Below, in pieces: positions 38,828 to 49,401 of a stretch of DNA of 64,000 bases. The notes beneath the pieces are model-generated. The model searched no databases and had not been told where the DNA came from. It worked only from the letters and a program-made list of their open reading frames with translations. Position 1 is the first letter of the stretch. Each line of letters begins with the position of its first letter. Source of the stretch: Patescibacteria group bacterium (GTDB lineage Bacteria; Patescibacteriota; Patescibacteriia; Veblenbacterales; UBA10138); NCBI GenBank assembly GCA_018817715.1, contig JAHITT010000006.1, forward strand, positions 75,147 to 139,146, given 5' to 3'. Both the position numbers and the translations under genes were made by a program.

Positions 38828-40312
38828 TTAATTATCTCTCATTGGCGGGAACAAGACAGTTTCTCGTATTGGTTTATCAACAATAAAACTAAAGAGTCTT
38901 TCTGAAAAACCAAAGCCAGCCGCCGGTGGCATACCATACTCTAAAGCTTCAATGAAATCATTATCCAACATCATTGCTTCATTATCGCCACCCTCTCTTA
39001 ATTTCATTTGCTCGGCAAACCTTTGTCTTTGTTCTTTAGGATCATTAAGTTCGCTAAAACCATTACCTAACTCAGAACCAGCCACAATTATTTGCAATCT
39101 TTCCACCCGATCAGGCATAGTCCGATGTGCTTTAGCCAAAGGTGAAACCTCCAACGGATGATTTATCAAAAATAACGGGCCCACTACTTTAGGGCGAACT
39201 AATTTTTTCCAAAATAAATCAATCAAACGCCCAGCACCCATACTATCTTCATAGCGAATTTTGTTTTTTTCTAATAATTTACGCAAATCTTCCACCTTGG
39301 TTACCCCAGCTAAATCCTCCCCTGTATACTCTTTAATAATTTCAAAATAATCTTTTTTCGGCCAATCGCCAGACCAATCTATTTCTCGGCCATCATAAGT
39401 AGTGATTAAACCACCACTAACGGCCTGAACAATAGCCTGATACATTTTTTGCGTAAAAACCAACAAATCCTCATAATCCGCATAAGCCCAATAAAATTCA
39501 CACATGGTATAATCCTGTAAATGTTCGGTATCTATGCCTTCGTTGCGAAAAACTTTACCAATTTCAAAAACCTTACCAAAACCACCGACCAATAAACGTT
39601 TTAGTGGTAATTCCAAAGAAATGCGCAAATAAAAATCTCGATCTAAAGCATCGTGATGAGTAATAAAAGGACTGGCGTCGGCTCCACCGGCAATAGTTTC
39701 CAAAGCTGGCGTATCCACCTCCATAAAGTCAGCCGCTTGCAACCAAGTCCGGGCTGTTTGCCAAAATAAAGACTTTTTTTTAAAAATTTCTCTTGTCTCC
39801 TCTGACATCATTAAATCTAAATAACGCCGCCTTAATCTTTGTTCTACATCTTTTAAGCCATGCCATTTTTCCGGCAAAATCTGTAAACCTTTAGCCAGAG
39901 GAATTAATTCACTAACTAAAACAGTCAATTCACCACGTCGGCTTTTTACTAAAACACCCACGACACCAATTATATCTCCCCGATCTAAATTCTCGGCTAA
40001 TTGCCAAAATTTTTGATTAACTATTTTTTCCACCAAAGCAATTTGCAAACTACCGGTTTCGTCCTGCAAAGTAGCAAACCACAATGAACCATGCGATCGC
40101 AAGGTCATTAAACGACCAGCTGTTGTAAAAATTTGACCCCTAACTGCTTCGCCAGTTAATAAAGGTATTTCCTGTTCAAAAGCTTGGCTACGAATATCGG
40201 CTATGGTCTGTTGTCTTTTAAAATCACTAGGATATTGCTTAAAACCCAAATCCTGCCAAGTTTTTAGCTTGGCCTGACGACTTTTTAATTCTTGATCTTG
40301 GCGTATAGACAT
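38828..40312 (-). CDS. lysS: lysyl-tRNA synthetase (class II)
   Basis: OB-fold N-domain, class II motifs incl. FRNEG and GGAD...GFG. Confidence 0.9.
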   Translation of the reverse strand: MSIRQDQELKSRQAKLKTWQDLGFKQYPSDFKRQQTIADIRSQAFEQEIPLLTGEAVRGQIFTTAGRLMTLRSHGSLWFATLQDETGSLQIALVEKIVNQKFWQLAENLDRGDIIGVVGVLVKSRRGELTVLVSELIPLAKGLQILPEKWHGLKDVEQRLRRRYLDLMMSEETREIFKKKSLFWQTARTWLQAADFMEVDTPALETIAGGADASPFITHHDALDRDFYLRISLELPLKRLLVGGFGKVFEIGKVFRNEGIDTEHLQDYTMCEFYWAYADYEDLLVFTQKMYQAIVQAVSGGLITTYDGREIDWSGDWPKKDYFEIIKEYTGEDLAGVTKVEDLRKLLEKNKIRYEDSMGAGRLIDLFWKKLVRPKVVGPLFLINHPLEVSPLAKAHRTMPDRVERLQIIVAGSELGNGFSELNDPKEQRQRFAEQMKLREGGDNEAMMLDNDFIEALEYGMPPAAGFGFSERLFSFIVDKPIRETVLFPPMRDN

Positions 40313-40415
40313 AAGTTAAAGATATGGCTAATTTTACCCTTTATTTAGCGGCTTGGCAAACTAAAACAAGCCATCTTAAAAAACTAAAGATGATTAAAAA
40401 AATATTCAACAATTA

Positions 40416-40886
40416 TTAACTTATTTTAGTAATTTTATAAATCACTCGACCAACTGGCAAACTAACCTCTACTTTATCTCCCACCTTGCGCCCTAAAAAA
40501 GCCTGGCCCAAAGGTGATTCATTGGAAATTAAACCCATTACTGGGTTAGCCTCATTGGAACCCACAATAGTGTATTCTTTATCACCCTGAGGAGAAGTAA
40601 AAGCCACTTTGGAACCAACCTGCACCTCATCACCGCCGGTTGAATCTGGTATAACCTCAACATTTTTTAAAATATTCTCCAACTCAATTATTTTACCCTC
40701 AATAAAGCCTTGTTCAGTCTTAGCTTCCACGTACTCGGCATTTTCCGACAAATCTCCTAATTCTTTAGCCTCTTGAATGCGCCAAGCAATTTCCTTACGC
40801 TTAATTGTTTTAAGCTCCTTTAATTCAATTTTAATTTTCTGCAAACCGTCTTTAGTGACGTAATTTTGTCCATTATTATTTGTCAT
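40416..40886 (-). CDS. greA: transcription elongation factor GreA
   Basis: YVTKDGLQKIKIELKELK...SENAEYVEAK and C-terminal FKBP-like domain. Confidence 0.9.
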   Translation of the reverse strand: MTNNNGQNYVTKDGLQKIKIELKELKTIKRKEIAWRIQEAKELGDLSENAEYVEAKTEQGFIEGKIIELENILKNVEVIPDSTGGDEVQVGSKVAFTSPQGDKEYTIVGSNEANPVMGLISNESPLGQAFLGRKVGDKVEVSLPVGRVIYKITKIS

Positions 40887-41008
40887 AATATATACAATCT
40901 AAAAACCGGCTCTAAATTTATACTACTTAAAAATGGCCGGTCATTAAGAATAGCTAAAAGATACTGGTCGACACTTATTTTGTCAAGATTTAATAAATAC
41001 CAAGATGC

Positions 41009-42961
41009 TTAAATTTCTGAATCTAAAAAATCAGAGCCAGTAGGTGCATTAGAAAAATATTCGGCCATCATTTTACGCACAATTGGCACAGCTACACTAG
41101 AACCTTCTCCACCTTGCTCCACCATAGCCACCACTAATAAAGTTGGCTTATCATAAGGCGCATAACCCATAAACCAAGCATGGGTTAAGGTCTGACTACC
41201 GGTTTGAGCCGTACCGGTTTTACCAGCCGCTTTAACCGGCAAACTATTCAAATACCTAGCACTACCATCGGTAACGGTTTGCCTCATACCTTTTTGAACA
41301 ATTTGTAGAATTTCATCACTTAAACCAAAATCTTCCATTTCTGTAACAGGTGTTTGTTGTGTCCGACGGTCCGGCCAAACTATTTCTTTTAGTAAATGAG
41401 GTTTTTTAATTCGACCATTAGTAACCAAGGCTGAATAATTAACAGCTAACTGCAAAGGGGTAACCAATAAATCACCTTGACCAATAGAAATATTATAAGT
41501 ATCACCTTTATACCAACGCTCATTTAATTTATCTAACTTCCATAAAGGGGTTGGAATAAAACCCAACCTTTCACCAGGTAAATCTATGTTTCTTGGTTGC
41601 GAAAAACCAAATTTTTCCAAATAAGCGGTCAAACGACTTATACCTAAACCGCTGTCTGCTTCACCACCGCCACCCAACAAATAAAAAAAAGTATTAACAG
41701 ATTCAGCAATCGCCTTATAGACATTAACTAAACCATGCCCACCGGCTTTCCAATCAGCAAAATATTGATCTCCCAGACGAACCCCTCCACTACTAAAAAA
41801 AGTAGTTTGCTCGGTTATAACACCTTCCTTTAAACCAGCGGCTGCCCAAAAAGGTTTAATAGTGGAACCAGGCGGATACTCGCCAGCCAAAACTCTATTA
41901 AATAAAGGTTTGGTTTGATCTTTAAGCAAATCCCTAATTTTATTATTATCACGATTAATAGTAAAAATATTAGGATTATAACTAGGATAACTAACCAGGG
42001 CTAAAATTTCACCGGTTTGCGGATTTAAAGCTACCACACTGCCACCTTTTTTAGCTGGACTAGCCGCCTCTTTTAAAGACTCATAAGCAACTTTTTGTAA
42101 GCCGGCCTCTACTGTTAAAACCAATTTAGCGCCCGGCACAGAAGCTTGGGCGGCATAAATTTTTCTTTCTTTCCCAAAAGCATCCACTTCCACTTGTTTT
42201 TTCCCAGGCTGACCGCGTAAAGCCTCTTCATATTGCATTTCTAAACCAGCTTGACCTATATAATCATTTATTTGATAACCTTGATTTTTTAAATCAGTAT
42301 ATTGTTGAGCAGAAATTTTTCCTACATAACCCAATAAATGAGCAAAAGATTCACCAGACAAATAATCTCGAATATTGCTAGGCTCAACTCTTAAGCCTTG
42401 GTAATCACGGCTAACCACCATAAGTTTTAAAGCCAAATCATGAGGAATATTTTGGGCAATAATAACCGGTAAATAAGAAAAAGTAGACAAATCAACTAAT
42501 TCATCTTTATCAATGTATTCAGCTGGCACCGAAGCCAAAATCTCGTTTAAAAATTGCTGACGAACAGTTTCATCGCGTGGCATATCAGCTGGAATAGCCA
42601 CCACGCTAAAAGTAGAATTATTCCGTATTAAAGGTTGGCCCTGCCGATCGGTAATCAAGCCTCGTTGAGCGCTAATTATTTCTAACCTAATACGGTTACC
42701 CTCAGCCACGCTACGCCACCTTTGGCCTTGCCAACCTTGTAAATAAAAAAGTTTTATAAAAAATATAAACAAAACTAAAGCCACAGCCACAGCCAAAACC
42801 ATAGGCACGGCCTGACTAATAACTCGTCGCAAAGTACCAACACCGCTTTCTCCCAAAGTAGTACCCTCTAATCTGCGCCAACTAAAACCAGTCACCTTAC
42901 GGTCCTTTATGTTACCGCCATATTCTTTTATAACAAAGGGATCACGACGCCAATTAGACAT
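41009..42961 (-). CDS. mrdA: penicillin-binding protein 2 (transpeptidase)
   Basis: STIKP (SxxK), SxN, KTGT motifs; follows mreBCD. Confidence 0.85.
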   Translation of the reverse strand: MSNWRRDPFVIKEYGGNIKDRKVTGFSWRRLEGTTLGESGVGTLRRVISQAVPMVLAVAVALVLFIFFIKLFYLQGWQGQRWRSVAEGNRIRLEIISAQRGLITDRQGQPLIRNNSTFSVVAIPADMPRDETVRQQFLNEILASVPAEYIDKDELVDLSTFSYLPVIIAQNIPHDLALKLMVVSRDYQGLRVEPSNIRDYLSGESFAHLLGYVGKISAQQYTDLKNQGYQINDYIGQAGLEMQYEEALRGQPGKKQVEVDAFGKERKIYAAQASVPGAKLVLTVEAGLQKVAYESLKEAASPAKKGGSVVALNPQTGEILALVSYPSYNPNIFTINRDNNKIRDLLKDQTKPLFNRVLAGEYPPGSTIKPFWAAAGLKEGVITEQTTFFSSGGVRLGDQYFADWKAGGHGLVNVYKAIAESVNTFFYLLGGGGEADSGLGISRLTAYLEKFGFSQPRNIDLPGERLGFIPTPLWKLDKLNERWYKGDTYNISIGQGDLLVTPLQLAVNYSALVTNGRIKKPHLLKEIVWPDRRTQQTPVTEMEDFGLSDEILQIVQKGMRQTVTDGSARYLNSLPVKAAGKTGTAQTGSQTLTHAWFMGYAPYDKPTLLVVAMVEQGGEGSSVAVPIVRKMMAEYFSNAPTGSDFLDSEI

Positions 42962-43460
42962 AATTAAAAGTTTTTTTAAATTTAACTTTATACCAACCTA
43001 TTATACTCAAAATTATTAAAACTCCGGCAATATAGCCCAACCAACTTAACCAAGATAACCAACTAAAAGACACTGGCAAAAAATAATCAAAACCCAAACG
43101 CCAACCTAACCACATCACACCCCAACGAATCAGCCGCCAACTAATAACCCAAGCAAACATATTAAGTGCCCGACCTAAATTAGAAGATTCGGCTAAAAAA
43201 TCTTCAATAAATTGACGATAAATTATGCCGGATAAAAAAGCGGCTATAGTATAAACCGGCCAATTAGAAAAAGTTATAACATCTATTAAAAAACTGGCTA
43301 CTAATAAAGCCGTCCAAGGTTTTAAAAAACCCATTTGCCAAACTAAATAAATTGGCCAAGCTAACAATACAGCATCAGCCAACAGCGGATTAAAAGTGGC
43401 TAAAGCTTGGCGCACTAACCATAAAACAATCCCGAATATAATATTAAACCACCAAGACAT
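42954..43460 (-). CDS. mreD: rod shape-determining protein MreD-like
   Basis: 168-aa polytopic membrane protein in mreC-downstream position. Confidence 0.5.
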   Translation of the reverse strand: MSWWFNIIFGIVLWLVRQALATFNPLLADAVLLAWPIYLVWQMGFLKPWTALLVASFLIDVITFSNWPVYTIAAFLSGIIYRQFIEDFLAESSNLGRALNMFAWVISWRLIRWGVMWLGWRLGFDYFLPVSFSWLSWLSWLGYIAGVLIILSIIGWYKVKFKKTFNYV

Positions 43461-43466
43461 AATAGC

Positions 43467-44279
43467 TTATGGTTTTTTTAAAACGTAAAGATATTTAAAA
43501 CGGTCTAATTTAACTGGCGGAGTTACCACAGCCGATTTAAAAAAGGATCCTTCGTTAGCCTCAATAGCCGAAACCACTCCCAACAAAAGACCGCTCGGTA
43601 ATTGCGGATCAGTATTACTAGTCACAGCTAACTCTCCTACCTCCACCGACTGATCCTGAGGTAAATAACGAATACGTAAAGCTAAATTATATTCACCCAC
43701 TGCTAAACCCTGAGTACGACTATCATTTAAGACTTGGGAAACTAAACGACTATTAGGGCTAGTAGTTAAAATAAAACCAGCTGTTTTTTCATTAACACTT
43801 TTTATAGTACCTACTAATAATCCACCGTAAGAACCTTCATTAGTTTTAAGTCCAGCGACCACAGCCAAACCAGGCTGTAAATTCTGTTGCTGACCAGCGT
43901 TTATTAAATATAATGTCCCACTATCATCGCTTTGTCGCCCAAGCACTTCAACAGCTTGAGCTTGCCAATCTAAAGGTTTAGATAAATTCAGTAAAGATTT
44001 TAATTCAACGTTATCTTTTTTTAATTGTTCTTTGTCCGCCTCTAAAAAAGATAACCCAGCTACCTGATCTATTAATTCGTTATTCTGTTTTTTTAGTTCT
44101 TGAGCTTTTAAAAATACCCCAAACCAATCAACCGTCCGGCTCCAAGTGGTAACCACTGGAACAGTAACATATTGAAATGTACCAACTATAAAACCCCAAA
44201 CATAAGGATTGGCTAAAAGAAAAATAATCAGTAAAGCCGCTCCTATTTTACCTAAGCGGCGCCCTAAACTAACTGGCAT
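43467..44279 (-). CDS. mreC: rod shape-determining protein MreC
   Basis: N-terminal TM, coiled coil, C-terminal beta-rich domain; synteny. Confidence 0.65.
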   Translation of the reverse strand: MPVSLGRRLGKIGAALLIIFLLANPYVWGFIVGTFQYVTVPVVTTWSRTVDWFGVFLKAQELKKQNNELIDQVAGLSFLEADKEQLKKDNVELKSLLNLSKPLDWQAQAVEVLGRQSDDSGTLYLINAGQQQNLQPGLAVVAGLKTNEGSYGGLLVGTIKSVNEKTAGFILTTSPNSRLVSQVLNDSRTQGLAVGEYNLALRIRYLPQDQSVEVGELAVTSNTDPQLPSGLLLGVVSAIEANEGSFFKSAVVTPPVKLDRFKYLYVLKKP

Positions 44280-44294
44280 AATTTTTATTGTCCA

Positions 44295-45332
44295 TTATTT
44301 AGTGGAAGGCAATAATAAATCCCTAGTATGTTCAATATCATCCAAAATAACTCCAGCCCCGCGCACCACAGCGGTTAAAGGATCGTCGATTACTTGAATC
44401 GGTATAGCCAATTCACCAGCCAACAATTTGTCCAAACCTTTAAGTAAAGAACCCCCGCCAGTCATAACGATACCTCTTTCATAAATATCAGCTACTAATT
44501 CAGGCGGGGTGTTTTCAATAGTCGATTTAACATTTTCCACCATAGCCCGAAAAATCTTTTGTAATGATTCACGAACTTGCGTATCATTAATAACCACTTC
44601 CCTGGGTAAACCAGTCATTAAATCGCGTCCCCTAATTCGCATTTCTATTGGTTCGTCTAGGGCTACAGCACTGCCTATTTTCATTTTTATTTCTTCAGCT
44701 GTCCTATCGCCCAACAATAAATTAAAATGATCACGAACAAATTGAACTATATTGTCCGTCATTTCATCACCAGCAATACGCAAAGAGCGTGACATTACCA
44801 CGCCACCCAAAGAAATAACAGCAATCTCGGTAGTGCCGCCGCCAATGTCAATAATCAACTGACCGGTAGCATCCCTGACTGGCAAACGCGCGCCCAAAGC
44901 CGCCGCCATTGGTTCTTCTATTAACAAAACTTCCCTGGCTCCGGCCGACTGTGCAGCATCTTCCACTGCTTTGCGTTCCACTTCAGTAACATCCAAAGGA
45001 ATGCCTATGACTACGCGGGGCCGGGGGGAAATGGCATAACTTTCTTTATGCACGCGATCAATAAAATACTTAAGCATTTTTTCGGTAACTTCAAAATCCG
45101 AAATTACCCCGCCAACCAATGGCCTGGTGGCCACAATATGCGGTGGAGTTTTGCCTATCATTTTTTTGGCATCATGACCAACGGCCACAATTTGATCGGT
45201 TCTGGTGTTTATAGCCACCACCGAAGGTTCGTTTACGACTATCCCTTTATCCTTAACATAAACCAAGGTATTAGCCGTACCCAAATCAATTGCTATATCG
45301 CGGGAAAATCTACCCAAGAAAGACTTAAACAT
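44295..45332 (-). CDS. mreB: rod shape-determining protein MreB
   Basis: actin-fold motifs IDLGTANTLVYV, DIGGGTTEIAV. Confidence 0.9.
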   Translation of the reverse strand: MFKSFLGRFSRDIAIDLGTANTLVYVKDKGIVVNEPSVVAINTRTDQIVAVGHDAKKMIGKTPPHIVATRPLVGGVISDFEVTEKMLKYFIDRVHKESYAISPRPRVVIGIPLDVTEVERKAVEDAAQSAGAREVLLIEEPMAAALGARLPVRDATGQLIIDIGGGTTEIAVISLGGVVMSRSLRIAGDEMTDNIVQFVRDHFNLLLGDRTAEEIKMKIGSAVALDEPIEMRIRGRDLMTGLPREVVINDTQVRESLQKIFRAMVENVKSTIENTPPELVADIYERGIVMTGGGSLLKGLDKLLAGELAIPIQVIDDPLTAVVRGAGVILDDIEHTRDLLLPSTK

Positions 45333-45371
45333 ACAGCCTAATTCTATCTGATGCTAAGCCTTATGTCCAGA

Positions 45372-46619
45372 CTAAGATTGAACACTAAATTTATTCAGTA
45401 CTTCCGACACTGTCAGCAAAATACTTTCCTGAGAATTTCTAGCTTTTAATTCTACTTTGGGCAAGTTTTTTTGCCCAACTATAACTCGCCAAGGCATACC
45501 CAACAAATCAGCATCTTTAAATTTAACCCCGGCTGATTCATCCCGATCATCATATAATACCTCCACTCCGGCCTTACTTAGTAAAGTATATAATTCTTGG
45601 GCTGATTGACTAACACCAGCCTCTTTACCCAAATTAAGCAAATGAATTTTAAAAGGCGCCACTGCTTCCGGCCACATAATTCCCGCCTCGTCATTAAAAA
45701 CTTCTACAATCGTACCCATTACCCGCCCGGGCCCAATACCATAAGAAGCCATAATAACCGGTTTTAACTCGCCGGCTTCATCGCTGTAATAAAGTTTAAG
45801 GCTTTCGGAAAATTTAGTGCCTAATTTAAATATATTTCCAACTTCAACGCTCTTGCCTTTAAGCAACTTGGTTTGGTGGCAATTAACACACTCTTCACCT
45901 GCCTGGCCTTTGGCTACTTCTAAATTCTGAGCATAGCTACAATTTGGACAATAAATTACGTAATCCTCACCCGCTTCAGTTAAAACCTGAAATTCATGGG
46001 AATATTTTTTAGTAAAAGCCCCACCCGAAGCTTCCACCACTAAAGCCTTAAGTCCACAACGTTCAAAAACTTTTAAATAAGTTTGTTTAACTTTTTCATA
46101 ATAAGCATCCAAATCCTCTTCCGTAGTATGAAAACTGTATAGATCCTTCATAACAAATTCCCGGGTACGCATAATGCCCGATTTAGCCCTGGGCTCATTG
46201 CGGAATTTGGTCTGCAATTGATAAACGTATTTAGGCAAATCACGATAAGAACTGATAAAACGTTTGGCAATTTGCGTTATGGGCTCTTCATGAGTCCAAG
46301 CCAGCCCCACACTGGCACCTGATTTTTCTTCAAATTTATACATTATTTCTTCCGGCGTTACCCAACGATCAGTTGTTTGCCATAATTCTTTGGGTTGCAA
46401 AGAAGTCATAACCAATTCTTGGCCACCCACGGCATTCATTTCTTCCCTAATAATCTGGCAAATCTTATTAAAAACCCTTAAACCCAAAGGCAAATAACTA
46501 TAAGCGCCAGACATTTGCTTGTCTATGTAACCGGCCTGGGTTAATAAACGGGCATTAGTTGATTGTTCTTCACTGGCCACTTGCCGAGCGGTTTTACTGA
46601 ATAATTGTGATTGCAACAT
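45372..46619 (-). CDS. proS: prolyl-tRNA synthetase, minimal form without editing domain
   Basis: ProRS N-terminus, motif 2 FRNEPRAKSGIMRTREFVMKD, motif 3 GIGPGRVMGTIVE, short C-terminal anticodon-binding domain; CxxC...CxxC insertion. Confidence 0.8.
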   Translation of the reverse strand: MLQSQLFSKTARQVASEEQSTNARLLTQAGYIDKQMSGAYSYLPLGLRVFNKICQIIREEMNAVGGQELVMTSLQPKELWQTTDRWVTPEEIMYKFEEKSGASVGLAWTHEEPITQIAKRFISSYRDLPKYVYQLQTKFRNEPRAKSGIMRTREFVMKDLYSFHTTEEDLDAYYEKVKQTYLKVFERCGLKALVVEASGGAFTKKYSHEFQVLTEAGEDYVIYCPNCSYAQNLEVAKGQAGEECVNCHQTKLLKGKSVEVGNIFKLGTKFSESLKLYYSDEAGELKPVIMASYGIGPGRVMGTIVEVFNDEAGIMWPEAVAPFKIHLLNLGKEAGVSQSAQELYTLLSKAGVEVLYDDRDESAGVKFKDADLLGMPWRVIVGQKNLPKVELKARNSQESILLTVSEVLNKFSVQS

Positions 46620-46687
46620 ATTCTAAGGCTAGCAAACTAAACCACAAAAGACAACTTTTGTTAACTATAATCAACTTTATTTAAAAA

Positions 46688-46831
46688 TTAAAATTTTCCC
46701 CTTTTGTACCAGGCCATTAACAACAACACAACAGCCGCCAAAAGCAACCAAGAAGTAACTGTCCAATCTACAAAAGCCACAAATAACATTAAAACTATGG
46801 CGCTGGCGGTAAAAATTTGATCTTTAGGCAT
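46688..46831 (-). CDS. unlisted 47-aa hydrophobic peptide
   Basis: ATG 5 nt after upstream stop; MPKDQIFTASAIVLMLFVAFVDWTVTSWLLLAAVVLLLMAWYKRGKF. Confidence 0.3.
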   Translation of the reverse strand: MPKDQIFTASAIVLMLFVAFVDWTVTSWLLLAAVVLLLMAWYKRGKF

Positions 46832-46835
46832 AAAA

Positions 46836-47201
46836 TTAATCAAAAATAATTTTTTCCAAAGCATTTAATTTTTCTTGAAACTCAATCATTATTTCCTCAG
46901 GTATTTTATCAACAAACCCGCTATATTTTTTAGCCCTATCTTCGACCCATTGACGCATTGTTTCTAATTGCATTTTAACTGTTTCATAAACATTCGGATC
47001 CAATTCCCCTTGAGCTGCTTGCAAATGTAAAAAAATAGCGTCAAAGCTAGTAATAAAACAATCCGCTAAATTATAAGCCGGTAAACCTTCTGGAGACTTT
47101 GGCCTATTATAAAATTCCATTTGGGCGGCGGCTGGAGTTTGTTTAAAAACATTACGCAACGCTTCTAATTTATTTTTTTCTGCTAAAGGTTCTTTTTCCA
47201 T
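46836..47201 (-). CDS. hypothetical protein
   Basis: 121 aa acidic helical ORF. Confidence 0.35.
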   Translation of the reverse strand: MEKEPLAEKNKLEALRNVFKQTPAAAQMEFYNRPKSPEGLPAYNLADCFITSFDAIFLHLQAAQGELDPNVYETVKMQLETMRQWVEDRAKKYSGFVDKIPEEIMIEFQEKLNALEKIIFD

Positions 47202-47570
47202 AAATTAAAGCAACTATCAAGAATAAACTCTCTGCTACTGTAGTTTAATACCTAAACCGCTTGCTTGACAAACTAGTGTAGAACAATCTTATTAAACCTT
47301 ACTCTAAGCTTAAAAATAATTTACCTAATTTACCTGTTCCACAACCCTTGACTTTCTCACCTCTAATTATATATTTAACTGTTATTTAACAATCAAGTTT
47401 TGTGCTTAATAACTTGGAGGGGAGACAAAATTAATTGTGCTGGTCTGTTTAGCTGGTACTAACTAGCTCTAACCAGAGGTCAATTAATTCGAAACAGTGA
47501 TCTTTGGATCAAAACTGTTTCCTAAGTTCTCCTCCAGATTAATAAATTCAAACCATAAATATCCAGCTTA

Positions 47571-48068
47571 CTACAAGCTGGATATTTTATTCAATAATCT
47601 TTTCCGGTATTCCATTTCTATTAACCAAATAGCTAAACAATCAAAAATTATAAAACCAGCCAACCACCAAGTTGGCCTAATTAACCAATGATACGCTTGG
47701 TATGTTAATATAATAGCCAAAAATAATTCATACCAACGGTAAGACCAAAGCCAGCCACGATAAACAGCTGCCGATAGCACTATTTTAGCTGAGCCCTGTA
47801 ATAAAAAATATACAGCCAAAAAAAACTGCACTTTAAAAGAAATATGGCTGGAAAGATTGGTTAAATAATTGGCTATAAAATCTGATGGATCTTCAGCTAA
47901 TTCCCGCCAAAATAACCAACCCACTAAACCCACAATCGATCCGGTCGGGTTAAACCAAAGTATTAAGCCGGCAAATAATTCAGCCAAACCTTCCAAAGAT
48001 TTACTAATAATCGTAATATCAAACAAACCGTGTAAAACCTTATAAAGCCTGGCTTTTTTCTTAATCAT
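47571..48068 (-). CDS. hypothetical membrane protein
   Basis: 165 aa, 4 TM. Confidence 0.35.
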   Translation of the reverse strand: MIKKKARLYKVLHGLFDITIISKSLEGLAELFAGLILWFNPTGSIVGLVGWLFWRELAEDPSDFIANYLTNLSSHISFKVQFFLAVYFLLQGSAKIVLSAAVYRGWLWSYRWYELFLAIILTYQAYHWLIRPTWWLAGFIIFDCLAIWLIEMEYRKRLLNKISSL

Positions 48069-48732
48069 AAACAGCCACTAATTTACTACCAAATTTTTTA
48101 ATTTTTTTTAACAAGACAAATAACAAATCCTTTTTTCTTTTTAATAAGCCACCAGCTAATATTAATATCTCCGGATTATATTTATTTGCTAGATCAGCTA
48201 TTTTTGGATGTAACCAACTAACAAAGTTATCTAATCCGTCAGATTTTTTAATTTTATACTCGCTTTCCCACGGTTCGCGCTGTTCCAACTTTTTTATTTT
48301 CTTAACCCGACCGTTCTCGGCCACAGCTCTCCCCACACCCGTACCTAAAGTTATAAGCAAAATTTTCTTAGTTTGCCAAAGTGGTTTAGTTTTTAAAATT
48401 TGCCGCAAACGCCATCTGGCATCATTATCTACTATTAATTTAACACCAACTGGCAGTAATGTTTTAAAATTAAAATTCTTTAAAAAAGGGATGTTACTGC
48501 AACTTATAACTTTAGTACCACTTACCCGCCCGGCCACGCCAATATCCACCACACTAATCTGCTGATCGCCTGATAATCGACTAAACAATTTGCTAAAATT
48601 TTTTTTAAAATCTACTAAATTAGCTAACTGTTTAATTTTAATGGTCTTAATTATTTTTTGTCCACTAACCAAGCTAGCTCGAACATAAGTACCGCCGATA
48701 TCAAACAAAATTTTAAAAATTCGTTGGCTCAT
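48061..48732 (-). CDS. ROK/BadF-type ATPase-domain protein (short sugar-kinase-like)
   Basis: FDIGGTYVR and LGTGVGRAV motifs. Confidence 0.4.
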   Translation of the reverse strand: MSQRIFKILFDIGGTYVRASLVSGQKIIKTIKIKQLANLVDFKKNFSKLFSRLSGDQQISVVDIGVAGRVSGTKVISCSNIPFLKNFNFKTLLPVGVKLIVDNDARWRLRQILKTKPLWQTKKILLITLGTGVGRAVAENGRVKKIKKLEQREPWESEYKIKKSDGLDNFVSWLHPKIADLANKYNPEILILAGGLLKRKKDLLFVLLKKIKKFGSKLVAVYD

Positions 48733-48735
48733 AAA

Positions 48736-49383
48736 TCAGTCTTTTATCAAGTGTCTATTATATCCTTCTTTTACTAAAAATTCATAAGCTGCCCAAACGT
48801 CATCAGGAATCTCTTGCGGTATTTGAAAACCTTTTTCTGGATATAATTTAATCCTTTGTAAATCTCCAACTATGATATTTATTAAATCGATTTCGGGTAT
48901 CTGCTCGTTAGGGTAATCTTCAAAAGATATTCTAGGTGAAGTAACTATTAAACTCTTTCCCGGCCATAATTTTTTAAAAGTTGCGTAAGCTCTTCTCTCC
49001 ATATAAGGCTTTTGTACCACCATAAAAGAATTAGGATTGACGTTCTTTTTCCTTAAAAGCTCTTTGGTAAACAAAATATTTTCTCCAGTGTTAGTGGATT
49101 TATTCTCGATAATAATTTTTTCCTTAGGTACTCCTTTGTTAACGGCAATTTCAGCAAAGATATCCGCTTCACTTTTTGACCAAATATCCTTAGTCAAATT
49201 ACCCAATCCACCGGAAAAAATAATCAAAGGGGCATAACCTTCCAAAAACAAATCAGCACCCATCTCGCCCACTCTGACGTCATGACTGCCTAAAACAAAT
49301 ATACAATCAGCTTTTTTCAACGATTGATTAAGCCGGTGGTAGTTCCACAATATTTTAGCCGCTTTATGTACCTCATTACCCAT
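48736..49383 (-). CDS. DUF218 (YdcF/SanA/ElyC-like) domain protein
   Basis: CIFVLGS...PLIIFSGG pattern. Confidence 0.55.
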   Translation of the reverse strand: MGNEVHKAAKILWNYHRLNQSLKKADCIFVLGSHDVRVGEMGADLFLEGYAPLIIFSGGLGNLTKDIWSKSEADIFAEIAVNKGVPKEKIIIENKSTNTGENILFTKELLRKKNVNPNSFMVVQKPYMERRAYATFKKLWPGKSLIVTSPRISFEDYPNEQIPEIDLINIIVGDLQRIKLYPEKGFQIPQEIPDDVWAAYEFLVKEGYNRHLIKD

Positions 49384-49401
49384 AAAACTAATTAACGTAA
49401 A

